From: an uncultured bacterium
GTDB taxonomy: Bacteria > Planctomycetota > Uabimicrobiia > Uabimicrobiales > JABWCH01
Direction of reading: 5' to 3'
DNA length: 64,000 nucleotides
Assembly: GCA_938003875.1 (NCBI GenBank)
Contig: CALKWO010000337.1
Coordinates: 6,105-70,104 of the forward strand
The notes below the pieces were generated by a model, which was not told where the DNA came from, did no database searches, and saw only the letters and a program-made list of their open reading frames with translations. Of the stretch, positions 46,171 to 55,873 are shown one piece after another. Positions within the stretch are counted from its first letter, which is position 1, and each line of letters begins with the position of its first letter. A program made the position numbers and the translations under genes.

Positions 46171-47934
46171 ATATTTGAAAGAACTCTGTCCAATAAATTC
46201 CCTGAGGATGGAAGTAGGTGGGACTTCTTCTGCAGGCAGCTCATCAAAATAAGAAAGGAAAGTCAAAAGTCTTTGGGCTTCCAGAAATTCATCTGTATTG
46301 TCGGGAATTTTGTTTAAAAGAGGCTCTGCATATTTTTTCAAAACGGCCAGTTCATATATCATTCCAGAATTAAACATAACATGAGCTGTATGCTGGAAGG
46401 GGAATATATAGTTATTTTCTCCTCGCCTTACAGAAGGCCATCTTTTTAGAGTATCCAAAGCATCATAATTTCTTGTTCTATGGTCTCTTACAATTCTTCT
46501 TATAATTCTTAAATCCGTTGTAGGAATACGATTGTGCATATCGATGTTCAGTACAGTCAAAGCACTGATATAAATTTTGAATTTTTGCAACTCATTGATA
46601 AAAGGTGTCAACTGTGGGTTTAGTCCATGTATTCCTTCCAGCATCAACAATTGGCCAGGTTTCAACCTTACAGGATGCGTTTCTGGGCTTCTTTTTCCTG
46701 TAGTGAAATCATAACGTGGAGAAAGAATTTCCTGTCCGTCAGCTAGTTTTACAAGATGATCATTCAGAAGAGGGATATCAATGGCATCCAGTCCTTCAAA
46801 ATCCTGCTCTCCTTTGTCGTCAACGGGCATCTGGTCCCTGTTGCGGAAATAGTCGTCCAGAGAAATCGCCAGTGTATCCAGGCCATTGACCTTCAATTGT
46901 ACTGCAAGACGTTTGGAAAATGTCGTTTTTCCTGAAGAAGAAGGTCCAGCAATCAAAATCAACCTTGCATTTTCTCTATCCTGATAAATACGGTCTGCTA
47001 TGTGAGCAATTTTTTTCTCCTGGATCGCCTCAGCCGTGCGTATGAGATCAGAAATCTTTCCGTTTTGGATGACTTCATTGAGTTCCCCTATATTGTTCAC
47101 TCCCAATATGCTCGCCCATCGTTTATGCTCCTGGAAAACAGTGAACAAACGGCTTTCTTCCTGAAATCTAGGGACAGCATCGCAGGATTGTTTGTCGGGA
47201 AAACGCAGAATCAACCCTGTGGAATAAAAGACCAGGTCAAAATTTTTCAAATAGGAAGCATCAGGTACAATTCGGCCATAAAAGCTCACAACACAGTCAC
47301 CACATTGGTATATGGTAATTTCTTTTTTAGGGTATTTTTTTAGAAGCTTGATTTTGTCTACCATATTATATTTTTCAAATATTTTAAAAGCTTCCTCTAC
47401 CGAGACTTTTCTGCGTTCGAATTTTTCGCCTTTGATAATCAGCCATCGCATGTATTCCGTAAGCTGATAAACAATATCATGTCTTATAGGAACAGAACCT
47501 CTGATTTCACAATATACACCTCTGCTGATAGAATGGCGAACCTCCAATGTGTCTTCAGGATAAAGGTCTTTTAGTGCGCGTAGAAGCAAAAGGACTAAAC
47601 TTCTTTCGTAAATTCTTATACCAGCGTATAAAGTTAAGTCTACAGGCTCAACAAGGCAATCTTCGTGAAGCTCTGTCCATAGATCAGCCTCTCTGTGGTT
47701 CACCTTGGCAGCTACAATCGGATTACCAGACGGTCTTGGGCGGTAGCGATAGAAAAAATTCTGCAAGGTCATTCCTTCTGATACCTGTATTTTTTCTTCT
47801 GTGCATGGGTCTTTTAGGGTAACGGTGATCTTTTTGGGTTCATTCTGGGAAGCATGGATTGCTTCCTGCTCTTTTACTTCAGAAGAACAAGGGATTTTTT
47901 TTTCTATGGAATTTGTGTCTTTTTTGTTTTTCAT
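46168..47934 (-). CDS. Nucleoside/uridine kinase fused to ThrRS N-terminal (TGS + editing-like) domains
   Basis: IYERSL, YCE, IAGPSSSGKTT, ISLDDY, EGIHGLN, RRIVRD, W.SVRRGE...IFPFQ. Confidence 0.88.
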   Translation of the reverse strand: MKNKKDTNSIEKKIPCSSEVKEQEAIHASQNEPKKITVTLKDPCTEEKIQVSEGMTLQNFFYRYRPRPSGNPIVAAKVNHREADLWTELHEDCLVEPVDLTLYAGIRIYERSLVLLLLRALKDLYPEDTLEVRHSISRGVYCEIRGSVPIRHDIVYQLTEYMRWLIIKGEKFERRKVSVEEAFKIFEKYNMVDKIKLLKKYPKKEITIYQCGDCVVSFYGRIVPDASYLKNFDLVFYSTGLILRFPDKQSCDAVPRFQEESRLFTVFQEHKRWASILGVNNIGELNEVIQNGKISDLIRTAEAIQEKKIAHIADRIYQDRENARLILIAGPSSSGKTTFSKRLAVQLKVNGLDTLAISLDDYFRNRDQMPVDDKGEQDFEGLDAIDIPLLNDHLVKLADGQEILSPRYDFTTGKRSPETHPVRLKPGQLLMLEGIHGLNPQLTPFINELQKFKIYISALTVLNIDMHNRIPTTDLRIIRRIVRDHRTRNYDALDTLKRWPSVRRGENNYIFPFQHTAHVMFNSGMIYELAVLKKYAEPLLNKIPDNTDEFLEAQRLLTFLSYFDELPAEEVPPTSILREFIGQSSFKY

Positions 47935-47947
47935 ATCTTCTCTCTTA

Positions 47948-49432
47948 TTACAATCGGACTCTTTCAACGGCTTTTTTCCATCCAGCATATAAGGAATCTC
48001 TTTTTTCTTTTGTCAGCGAAGGCGTAAAAATCCTTTCGCATTTACGAACGCCTTGTATTTCATCGGGACTTTTCCAGAAGCTTGTGGATAAACCTGCAAG
48101 AAAAGCGGCTCCCATACCTGTAACATCAATGATTTTTGGTCTGTCTACGCTAACGCCTAGTATATCGGACTGGAATTGCATCAAAAAATTGTTTTGCACC
48201 GCTCCACCATCTACCTTCAATTGAGTCAATTGAACCCCTGATTCCTGGTTCATGATTTCCACAATATCTCGCGTCTGGTAAGCAATGGATTCCAAGGTAG
48301 CTCTGACGATCTCCGATCTTGTGCTTCCTCTTGTCAGTCCAAGAATCGCAGCTCTAGCATCGCTGTCCCAGTAAGGCGCACCTAATCCTGCAAAAGCAGG
48401 AACAACATAGACTCCTTTTGTATCGGGAATGCTATTGGCTATGTCTTCTGTTTCTGCAGCATTCTGTATGATTTTCAGCCCATCTCTAAGCCATTGAATA
48501 GCCGCCCCTGTTATAAAAATAGATCCTTCCAGAGCATAAACAGGATTTCCCTTTGCATCGCAGGCCAGAGTAGTCAGGAGGCCTTTTCCCGATATGGCTA
48601 GCCTGTCTCCCGTATTGACCAAAAGAAAACTTCCTGTTCCATAGGTATTTTTCCCTGTACCACTTTGCCAGCAGCCCTGACCATAAAGAGCCGATTGCTG
48701 ATCGCCTGCTATTCCGCCAACAGGTATGCTGCAACCATCGAAAAATTCAGGGGATGTTTTTCCATAGATATAGGAAGAGGGCATGACCTGAGGGAAAAGC
48801 TTTTCTGGAATATTCAGAATTTCTGACAATTCTCTATCCCATTTTTTTTCATGAATATTAAAGAGCAAAGTACGAGAGGCATTGGTGAAATCTGTAGCGT
48901 GGACTTTACCTTGAGTCAATTGAGACAAGAGCCATGTATCTATTGTCCCAAAGGCAAGCTCTCCTCTTTCTGCTTTTTCTCTTGCTCCTGGAATATTATC
49001 CAGAAGCCAGGCAATCTTGGTTCCTGAAAAATAAGCATCTACAACCAGGCCAGTCTTCTCTTGAAATTTTTTAGCCAGGCCCCTTTGCTTGAGATTCTCA
49101 CAAAGAGGTGCTGTTCTACGGCATTGCCATACAATCGCATTGTGAATAGGCTTGAGTGTAGCTCTATCCCATATCACAGTGGTTTCTCTTTGGTTCGTTA
49201 TCCCGATACCCTGAATTTCAGAGGATTTTGCATGAGCATTTTCCAAGGCTTTCCTGGCCACTGACATGGTTACATGCCATATCTCCATAGGGTCATGCTC
49301 TACCCAGCCTGGCTGTGGATAGATTTGAGAAAATTCCTGGTATCCCTTACCAGCCACTTCGCCTTTGTGATCCACAAGAAGAACCGTAGTCCCTGTGGTT
49401 CCCTGATCTATTGCCATGATATATTGGTTCAT
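47948..49432 (-). CDS. glpK: Glycerol kinase
   Basis: DQGTTG, GITNQRETT, DAYFSGTK, TNASRT, GDQQ, KNTYGTG, GLGAPYWD. Confidence 0.97.
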   Translation of the reverse strand: MNQYIMAIDQGTTGTTVLLVDHKGEVAGKGYQEFSQIYPQPGWVEHDPMEIWHVTMSVARKALENAHAKSSEIQGIGITNQRETTVIWDRATLKPIHNAIVWQCRRTAPLCENLKQRGLAKKFQEKTGLVVDAYFSGTKIAWLLDNIPGAREKAERGELAFGTIDTWLLSQLTQGKVHATDFTNASRTLLFNIHEKKWDRELSEILNIPEKLFPQVMPSSYIYGKTSPEFFDGCSIPVGGIAGDQQSALYGQGCWQSGTGKNTYGTGSFLLVNTGDRLAISGKGLLTTLACDAKGNPVYALEGSIFITGAAIQWLRDGLKIIQNAAETEDIANSIPDTKGVYVVPAFAGLGAPYWDSDARAAILGLTRGSTRSEIVRATLESIAYQTRDIVEIMNQESGVQLTQLKVDGGAVQNNFLMQFQSDILGVSVDRPKIIDVTGMGAAFLAGLSTSFWKSPDEIQGVRKCERIFTPSLTKEKRDSLYAGWKKAVERVRL

Positions 49433-49680
49433 AAGCCTCTATACCTTTCTTCTGCAAAATTATAGGACTTACGCAAACACAAAAAATCTTTCTTGTTTAA
49501 AAGTTTTTAGTATAGCCTGCCCATGAGCTTTTTTCAAGTTTTTTTTTGATAAAAATGCTCCCGCAGCTTCTAAGGAAAAAATTTGGAGGGCGTTGTATAC
49601 GTACGATTAAGATTACGATAAAGGCAACCCAAAAAATATTTAGCCGAAAGTCATGTAGTACAGAGAAAGACAGAGATAGA

Positions 49681-50424
49681 TCATTTTCCTGATGTAATTT
49701 CAGCAATGATATGTTCCATTTTATCGCAATGGGTTCCTGGCCAATAAATTTTTTTGCAGCAAGGGCAGGAATAAAAGGTTGTAAAGGATTGTCTCACTTT
49801 TTCAGGAATGAGTTCCCATATTTCCTCTTTTTTAGCAAGATAGAGAATACCATTGCATTCCATACATCGGGTCAATGGTTTGATTTTTTCTGTCAGAGAA
49901 AATCGTGAGCATACTTCCTTAATTTGTTTAGTAGGGTCAGTAGCCCTGACAAAATAGCCATAGACAACCTGGCCCCGTTTCAGAAGACCGATATCTCTGG
50001 TAAGGAGAATCCGTCCTTCTTGGGAAGAAATTTCTGCTAAATCGGGATCATCATAGTCGTTTCGATATAGGGTATCCATGCCTAGCATACGCAGGTAAGC
50101 TGCCAGTTTTCCTAGATGCACATCCAGGACAAAGCGTTTCTCTTCGGGCAAAGATGGGGTCACTTTCCATTCTGAAGGGATTTCCAATTGAAAGAAGAAG
50201 GGATAAACGCTGATTTTATCCTGGTCAGAGATTATATAGGAAAAAGGTTTGGCTATGCCATTGACTAGCAGGAATTCTACTTCTGGATGAGGCACCCCAA
50301 AGGATTCTATTGTGTCTTTTATGGAATTATGGTCTATAAAGGAAAAAGGGATGCTCTTGCCTCTCTTTTCAGAAGGCAAAAAATCATTTAAACTCCCGTA
50401 AAATCGTATTTCTGCCTGGTTCAT
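49681..50424 (-). CDS. Mut7-C RNase (PIN-like) with N-terminal ubiquitin-like domain and C-terminal Zn ribbon
   Basis: RFYGSLNDFL, GVPHPEV, FVLDVHLGKLA..LRMLG.D, LLTRD, RC..CN...C..C.KIYW.GTH. Confidence 0.9.
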   Translation of the reverse strand: MNQAEIRFYGSLNDFLPSEKRGKSIPFSFIDHNSIKDTIESFGVPHPEVEFLLVNGIAKPFSYIISDQDKISVYPFFFQLEIPSEWKVTPSLPEEKRFVLDVHLGKLAAYLRMLGMDTLYRNDYDDPDLAEISSQEGRILLTRDIGLLKRGQVVYGYFVRATDPTKQIKEVCSRFSLTEKIKPLTRCMECNGILYLAKKEEIWELIPEKVRQSFTTFYSCPCCKKIYWPGTHCDKMEHIIAEITSGK

Positions 50425-51505
50425 ATAATTCTCCAAAAACATCTTGCCATAGTTCTTTACTTTCCATACAAAGGTATATAGGCACACTGCTGTTTCCCAG
50501 ATTCTGAATAGAATCTCGCATAAAGCAATAGATTTCTTTTCTTTGCTTGCGAAAATATCTTAGCTTTCCATCGTAACCTGTCACCAATTCCGCCCATAGA
50601 GACTTGCTTTCTGGATGACGCTCCCTGATTGTATCCCTCAGAGAAGGGAAAATACGAAAAGTCCCCAGACTTATCCATGCAATGCTCTGGCAGGGTATTT
50701 TCTGGAACAAAAAGCATAAAATTTCATAATACAATTCTTTCCAGTTAGGATAAGCAACAATAGGATCGAAATGAAATCCTACCTTGTAGCCTGATTTTAC
50801 AGCCTTTTCGGCTGCCAGAATTCTATCTTTCGGACAAGGGGCATTCGGCTCTTCTAATTGGGCTATTTCGCAAGGATTGAGCGACCAGGCAAGAACGATG
50901 TTATCGAAGGGAATGCCCAAAAGAGAGTCGCTAAAAATACTTTTTGTCTTCAGTTCCAGCATCATATGGGGAAGCTGAGAAAAAATTTGAATCAAACGCT
51001 TTGCATATCCTGTCAATGGCTCAAAAATCAGGCTGTCTGTCATTTCGCCTGTTCCTATCCGAATTCTTCTGTTTTCTTTTGATAGCCTATTTTCCCATTC
51101 TATTAGCTCTTTTTTCATATCGGAAAAGTTAGTGTATAGAACAGGGAACGGGGTATTCAGAAAACCTTGCAAAAAGCAGTAGCTGCAATCTATAGGGCAG
51201 CCTAAACCTACGCTAAGGAAATAGTATCCACATCGTATGCTTTCCTGGGAGCAAGGACATGGCCTTATAAAAGGCCCTCGTTGCTTTGCCAGCACCAAAG
51301 AATGAAAACCTTCTTCATCTACGGGATAAGGTAAGCTGGAAGTCTTTTCCAAAATTTGAGATAGGCTTTCTATTTCTATTTTTTGGGCACAGGGAAATGT
51401 GGAAAGAAAATCCTTTACCCAGATGTCCTGGCTTACCTCTTTTTCTATATAGATATTATGAAAATTATGGGATTGATGGATTCGATCCTGGCTTTCTTTA
51501 AGCAT
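50384..51505 (-). CDS. Spore photoproduct lyase-like radical SAM protein
   Basis: CPIDCSYC (CxxxCxxC), RIGTGE.TDSL, ELKTKS, GFHFDP, YLCME. Confidence 0.85.
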   Translation of the reverse strand: MLKESQDRIHQSHNFHNIYIEKEVSQDIWVKDFLSTFPCAQKIEIESLSQILEKTSSLPYPVDEEGFHSLVLAKQRGPFIRPCPCSQESIRCGYYFLSVGLGCPIDCSYCFLQGFLNTPFPVLYTNFSDMKKELIEWENRLSKENRRIRIGTGEMTDSLIFEPLTGYAKRLIQIFSQLPHMMLELKTKSIFSDSLLGIPFDNIVLAWSLNPCEIAQLEEPNAPCPKDRILAAEKAVKSGYKVGFHFDPIVAYPNWKELYYEILCFLFQKIPCQSIAWISLGTFRIFPSLRDTIRERHPESKSLWAELVTGYDGKLRYFRKQRKEIYCFMRDSIQNLGNSSVPIYLCMESKELWQDVFGELYEPGRNTILREFK

Positions 51506-51693
51506 TTTTCATTGCCTTCTTTATATGATTTTTAAAAAATTTGTATAACCAATGTAGCAGGAAAATAGAGAAAAGACAACAGTCTTTTGAAGAAAAAATT
51601 ATTCTTTACAAAACATATTGAGAAATAGTAAAATGAGCATCTTTTATAAATTAGACGAAGGATCGCTACTTACATAGATGGGAAAACAAATCC

Positions 51694-52509
51694 ATGAAGC
51701 TAACGCTAGAAGAGCAGCAAGAAATTTTATCTCAGGTGAGCCAGAATTATTTTGTAAATACTCACATAGAGAAACTTGTATTGGAATATCTTGGGAAAAG
51801 ATCTATCGAGAGGCAGTTCTCTGGAACGAAAGATATTTGTGAATACTTGCAAAAACAAGGGATAGAAAGCTCAGCAGGTTCTATTCGTGGAACAATTTTA
51901 AGAATACGACATAAGCTTTTAAAATACAAAGAAGTAGAAAAAGGTCACGCCTTTCATCTTACTTTTCCTGAGCAGACATCTAAGCGTGGGTATATTTTGC
52001 ATTTTGAACAAAATCCTCACTACCGCTCGATCAGCCAGTCTTCTTCTAAAGATCCATGGCTTGTGATGAATTGGAAAACCTTGAGAAAGCAAGGTTATAG
52101 GGGATTATGGCGTGGTTTTAGCCTTCCTGACGGTGGACGCTGGCCTGTTAAGCTTTATGTGTGGCTAAATTCCATTCGCGATGAAAAGACAGGGCAGGAA
52201 ACTTTTATGTGCCTGCTCAATTCTCCCTCTTCCACGAAGCACAGAATCGGAATACTGGAAGGCGAAATTCAGAATCATGTCCTTTGTATGCAAGGGAAAT
52301 GGAGTGTCCACTACCCTGATTCGGGCTTGAAACAATTTCAAATCACGGTCAAACTCTGGCCATTTCGTACTAGCCAGAGTGATCCTGTGAAAATATCGGG
52401 CAGATTTATCCTTTATTACGAGCCTCTCAATGAATACCAGGAAGGTCAGATTGAGCTGGATTTTTGCGATTGCCAGACGCTGATAAATACAGATTTTATA
52501 CTCTCTTAA
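51694..52509 (+). CDS. Hypothetical protein with possible N-terminal winged-helix domain
   Basis: SIRGTILRIRHKL..Y...TFP....GY..F resembles OmpR-type wHTH; beta-rich C-terminus. Confidence 0.55.
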   Translation: MKLTLEEQQEILSQVSQNYFVNTHIEKLVLEYLGKRSIERQFSGTKDICEYLQKQGIESSAGSIRGTILRIRHKLLKYKEVEKGHAFHLTFPEQTSKRGYILHFEQNPHYRSISQSSSKDPWLVMNWKTLRKQGYRGLWRGFSLPDGGRWPVKLYVWLNSIRDEKTGQETFMCLLNSPSSTKHRIGILEGEIQNHVLCMQGKWSVHYPDSGLKQFQITVKLWPFRTSQSDPVKISGRFILYYEPLNEYQEGQIELDFCDCQTLINTDFILS

Positions 52510-52553
52510 GGAATCGGAATTAAATAAGCAATAATTATTTATTTGGCAATGAT

Positions 52554-52749
52554 TTGTAGCCGCAGGGTTGCGCCGAAAAAGACATGTCTGCTCAAAAGCC
52601 TAACGCCAGCGAAATCCCTGCGTCTTTGGCCAATACCCTTTAATCCGATTCAGTTAGTCTGTATCTGTATTGGCAAAAGACGCAGGGATTTCGCTGAAGG
52701 TCGTCTTTTTCGAATAGGTAGTCATTTTCAGCGCAACCCTGAGGCTACA
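52554..52749. repeat. Inverted doublet of family A units (REPIN/BIME-like)
   Basis: Type-1 unit 52554-52628 and type-2 unit 52674-52749 in inverted orientation, with a ~30-bp inner inverted repeat. Lies between convergent genes. Confidence 0.9.
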
Positions 52750-52763
52750 GTCTTTTGACAGCA

Positions 52764-55700
52764 TCAATATTGCATTTTGTATTTAAAATCTTCCAGACGA
52801 TTGGCTTTCGTAAATTCCTCTTCTGCTTCTTTAATATGACCTTGAGAAAATAGATAAAGGCCTCCATAGTAGGATGTTTCTTGAGCAGAGCGAGAAATAT
52901 TGCCTGATGCTTCAAAAATGGCTTTTAGTGATTGCCAAGAGAGCTTGTTGATATTCATGATAATACGGTTAGAGATCATGATTTCTATTAACTGTCTGGA
53001 CTCCTGAAAGCGTGTTATTTTTCCTTTTCCAGAGACACCCTCTTTGTCTCTGAGACGATCAAAATGGATTTCTTTACCACTGCTTCTCAGATTTTCAACC
53101 CCTCTCCAGAGTTGCTGCCAGAAAAAATGCTCTGCATGGATTTCATTGGTAAATTTCTGCAAGGCATTCTTGATGAAATTGGATGCTATATCTTCATACT
53201 TCTGCACAACTTGTAATGCCATATTGTATTGATTTCTGGAAGTATAGTAAAGCATGTGGCGATGGATCAATCGGGTAATGTATTCTTCTGTTTTCAGAAG
53301 ATGATGAGGGCCTTGCATGCCTAAATATTTTGCAAGAAATCGAATGCCATATTCATATTTTTTCAGATCTTCACATCTGTCTACAAAAGGCTTAAAAAAA
53401 GTGGCCTTTTGCTTTTCCATATCTTTTTTCAGCTCTAAGGTTTGATTTTGGTTACTTTTCTCCAGGTACTCCAGAGTTCTGCTAATAATATCTGGCTCTT
53501 TGAATTCTTCATTTACAAGAATTTTTTTGGCAATTTCCATGCTTTCATTTAAAAGAGCAGCCGCCTTAGTGATAGTCTCTCCTTCTAACGCATTACAGAC
53601 TTCTTTCATCTGAGGAATCTCTTTGTAATTTTTAAGCAAATCTATTGATTGTAAAAATTGTTGTTTTTCTAATAGCTGTGGAATTGCCTGCTTGAGATAT
53701 TCCTGGCATCCTTCTATGGTTTTATTTTTTTCTATAAGAGCAGTGTCTAAAATATTTTTATATTCTGGTTTACTCTTGACTTTATTGATAAAATCATCCC
53801 ATAACTGTATGTTTGTTTTCCATTCGGCATTGTTTTTGGTATTTGTCTTATTGCGAATTTGTGATAGCTCTTGTTCTAATGCTTTGATATTTTCTAAAAA
53901 AATATTTTTTTTGTCTTCTTCCTGTTTTTTTTCCTGGATGAATTCATGGATGGCCATATAAAAGGTTTTTGCTTTTTCCAGATAAGGATTCAGAGTTGCT
54001 TCGCCTCCATTGAAATACCATATATAGCCGCCTGCTCCTAAAATCAATAAAAAAAATAAGATAAAAATGGCAACTTTAAAAAATAATGATCTTCTTTTTG
54101 GTTCTTTTTCCTCCAATTCTGGAGCATTTTGTTCTGAAAATATAATATCTTCTGATATTACAGGATTATTCTCTGTTTCTTCTTGAAATTTTTCTTGACT
54201 ATAAGAATCATAAGGATAAGCAGCATCCTCACTATACATTTCTTTTTCTATATTCTGGGGAGATGATGGAATATAGCCTTTTTTTTCCATAGGGAAATTG
54301 TCTGATCTCATGGCTTTTTTCTGTTTTTCTGCTAGTTGAGCAGCAACTTCAGTCTGATACACTCTTTGGTTTTCTTCTTCTGTTACATTGTTTTTTTGCC
54401 AATATTTTTGTGTGGCACTTTCCAAAGCGATTTCTTCTTTTGTAAGGATCAGATGTCTGCCTTTAAAAATTTTGGACTCTGTTTGAGATGGGTCTAATTT
54501 CTTTTCCTGATTCTCATCTATGGCTGGAGTTTGTCCATAATAGCCAGGTTGACCAGGCACTTGTTGTTCATAGTAACCAGCTTGAGCAGGTTGTTGATCA
54601 TAATAGCCAGGTTGAGCAGGAGCCTGTTGATCATAATAGCCAGGTTGAGCAGGTATCTGTTGTCCATAGTAACCAGGCTGCGCAGGAGCCTGTTGATCAT
54701 AATAGCCAGGCTGAGCAGGGGCTTGCTGTCCATAGTAGCCAGGTTGAGCAGGAGCCTGTTGCTCATAATAGCCTGCCTGGTCATATTGATGGCTTATTTC
54801 CTGAAGATGAGGTGCAAGATCTGCTTTTAGATCTTCCAAAAATTCATTTTCTGGCTGTACTCTGGCTGTAGGCGATTGCGGGGTATTCACGGATTCATCT
54901 AAACCCTCAATGAAATCTTGCCATTCAGAATAGTGTTCCTTTTTCTTTTCCTGAGGTAAATTCATGTACATCTGTGGAATAAGATGCGTAGGCTTAGGCG
55001 CGATAATTTTTTTCGCCCGATCAGCATTTGGGTCTATTTTTATTTCTAATTCAGGATTCTCCTGGACTGCATTTACAGGAGGAATAGCACTATAAGCACC
55101 TGCCTGGTTCAAATCATTTTCCAGGCCATGTACAAAGCTATCCCATTCATTCCCATGCTGCCGTGCAGGAATAGAAGGCGTATCCATAGAGGGATCGCTG
55201 AAAGATAAAGGCATGTTCTGTTCTTCAAGATTTGGGCTATGGGGAAAATACTCTTCTCGTTCATTTTGCCCCTCAAACCCCCTTGGCAAAGGAGTATTCA
55301 GGGCACCAGGAATTTTAGGCATTCTCTCTCTGCCTTGCTGCAAATTTTTCATTTTGTCTGTACTAGGGACAGACTTTCTTAAAGAAGGAAGCTTTTTCTC
55401 TGTTTTGTCCTGCTTATCTCCTATTTTTTTTATCTGCTGTATCATTCTTTTATCATCTTTTTTCGGTGGGACAAAATCTTTGGCTTGAGAGAGAGATAAG
55501 AAAACAACATATCCTTCTTTACCCTGGTAAAAATATTTTTGATAGTCTATTTCATAGTTGTTTTCTTGCAAAATCGTAGCCATAATGTTTCCAATATAGC
55601 CTTCGATATTCCCTTCATCCATGTAAGGAGCATTGAATAGAGTGCTATTCACAGAATCAGAGTAAATAATATCATAAAGGTCTTCAATGCTGCCTTCCAT

Positions 55701-55850
55701 TATATATTCTGCTGGCACATAAGAGTATGAGCCAATGTATTCAGATAGATTGTTTAGCTCAAAAATTTCTTGTACAACAGGGGAAGAATCTTCTTCCATC
55801 GATTCCCAATCCATCGCCAGAATGATTACCCAGCGTAAAGATGTACTCAT
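52764..55850 (-). CDS. Large bitopic membrane protein with long disordered region containing QQAPAQPGYY repeats
   Basis: 1028-aa ORF, one TM (VAIFILFFLLILGAGGYIWYF), helical C-terminal part. Confidence 0.75.
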   Translation of the reverse strand: MSTSLRWVIILAMDWESMEEDSSPVVQEIFELNNLSEYIGSYSYVPAEYIMEGSIEDLYDIIYSDSVNSTLFNAPYMDEGNIEGYIGNIMATILQENNYEIDYQKYFYQGKEGYVVFLSLSQAKDFVPPKKDDKRMIQQIKKIGDKQDKTEKKLPSLRKSVPSTDKMKNLQQGRERMPKIPGALNTPLPRGFEGQNEREEYFPHSPNLEEQNMPLSFSDPSMDTPSIPARQHGNEWDSFVHGLENDLNQAGAYSAIPPVNAVQENPELEIKIDPNADRAKKIIAPKPTHLIPQMYMNLPQEKKKEHYSEWQDFIEGLDESVNTPQSPTARVQPENEFLEDLKADLAPHLQEISHQYDQAGYYEQQAPAQPGYYGQQAPAQPGYYDQQAPAQPGYYGQQIPAQPGYYDQQAPAQPGYYDQQPAQAGYYEQQVPGQPGYYGQTPAIDENQEKKLDPSQTESKIFKGRHLILTKEEIALESATQKYWQKNNVTEEENQRVYQTEVAAQLAEKQKKAMRSDNFPMEKKGYIPSSPQNIEKEMYSEDAAYPYDSYSQEKFQEETENNPVISEDIIFSEQNAPELEEKEPKRRSLFFKVAIFILFFLLILGAGGYIWYFNGGEATLNPYLEKAKTFYMAIHEFIQEKKQEEDKKNIFLENIKALEQELSQIRNKTNTKNNAEWKTNIQLWDDFINKVKSKPEYKNILDTALIEKNKTIEGCQEYLKQAIPQLLEKQQFLQSIDLLKNYKEIPQMKEVCNALEGETITKAAALLNESMEIAKKILVNEEFKEPDIISRTLEYLEKSNQNQTLELKKDMEKQKATFFKPFVDRCEDLKKYEYGIRFLAKYLGMQGPHHLLKTEEYITRLIHRHMLYYTSRNQYNMALQVVQKYEDIASNFIKNALQKFTNEIHAEHFFWQQLWRGVENLRSSGKEIHFDRLRDKEGVSGKGKITRFQESRQLIEIMISNRIIMNINKLSWQSLKAIFEASGNISRSAQETSYYGGLYLFSQGHIKEAEEEFTKANRLEDFKYKMQY
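54531..54788 (-). repeat. Intragenic 33-bp tandem repeat (8 GYY units)
   Basis: ata(a/g)ta(g/a)ccagg(t/c)tg(a/c)gcagg... units seen directly. Confidence 0.9.
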
Positions 55851-55873
55851 TTTGGGCTCCTTGATACTGATGC

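Noticed and set aside
52543..52758. 71-aa ORF
   Set aside because: It is the translation of the palindromic repeat doublet. Likewise 20250-20558 and 46087-46317 start in repeats and run antisense to real genes.
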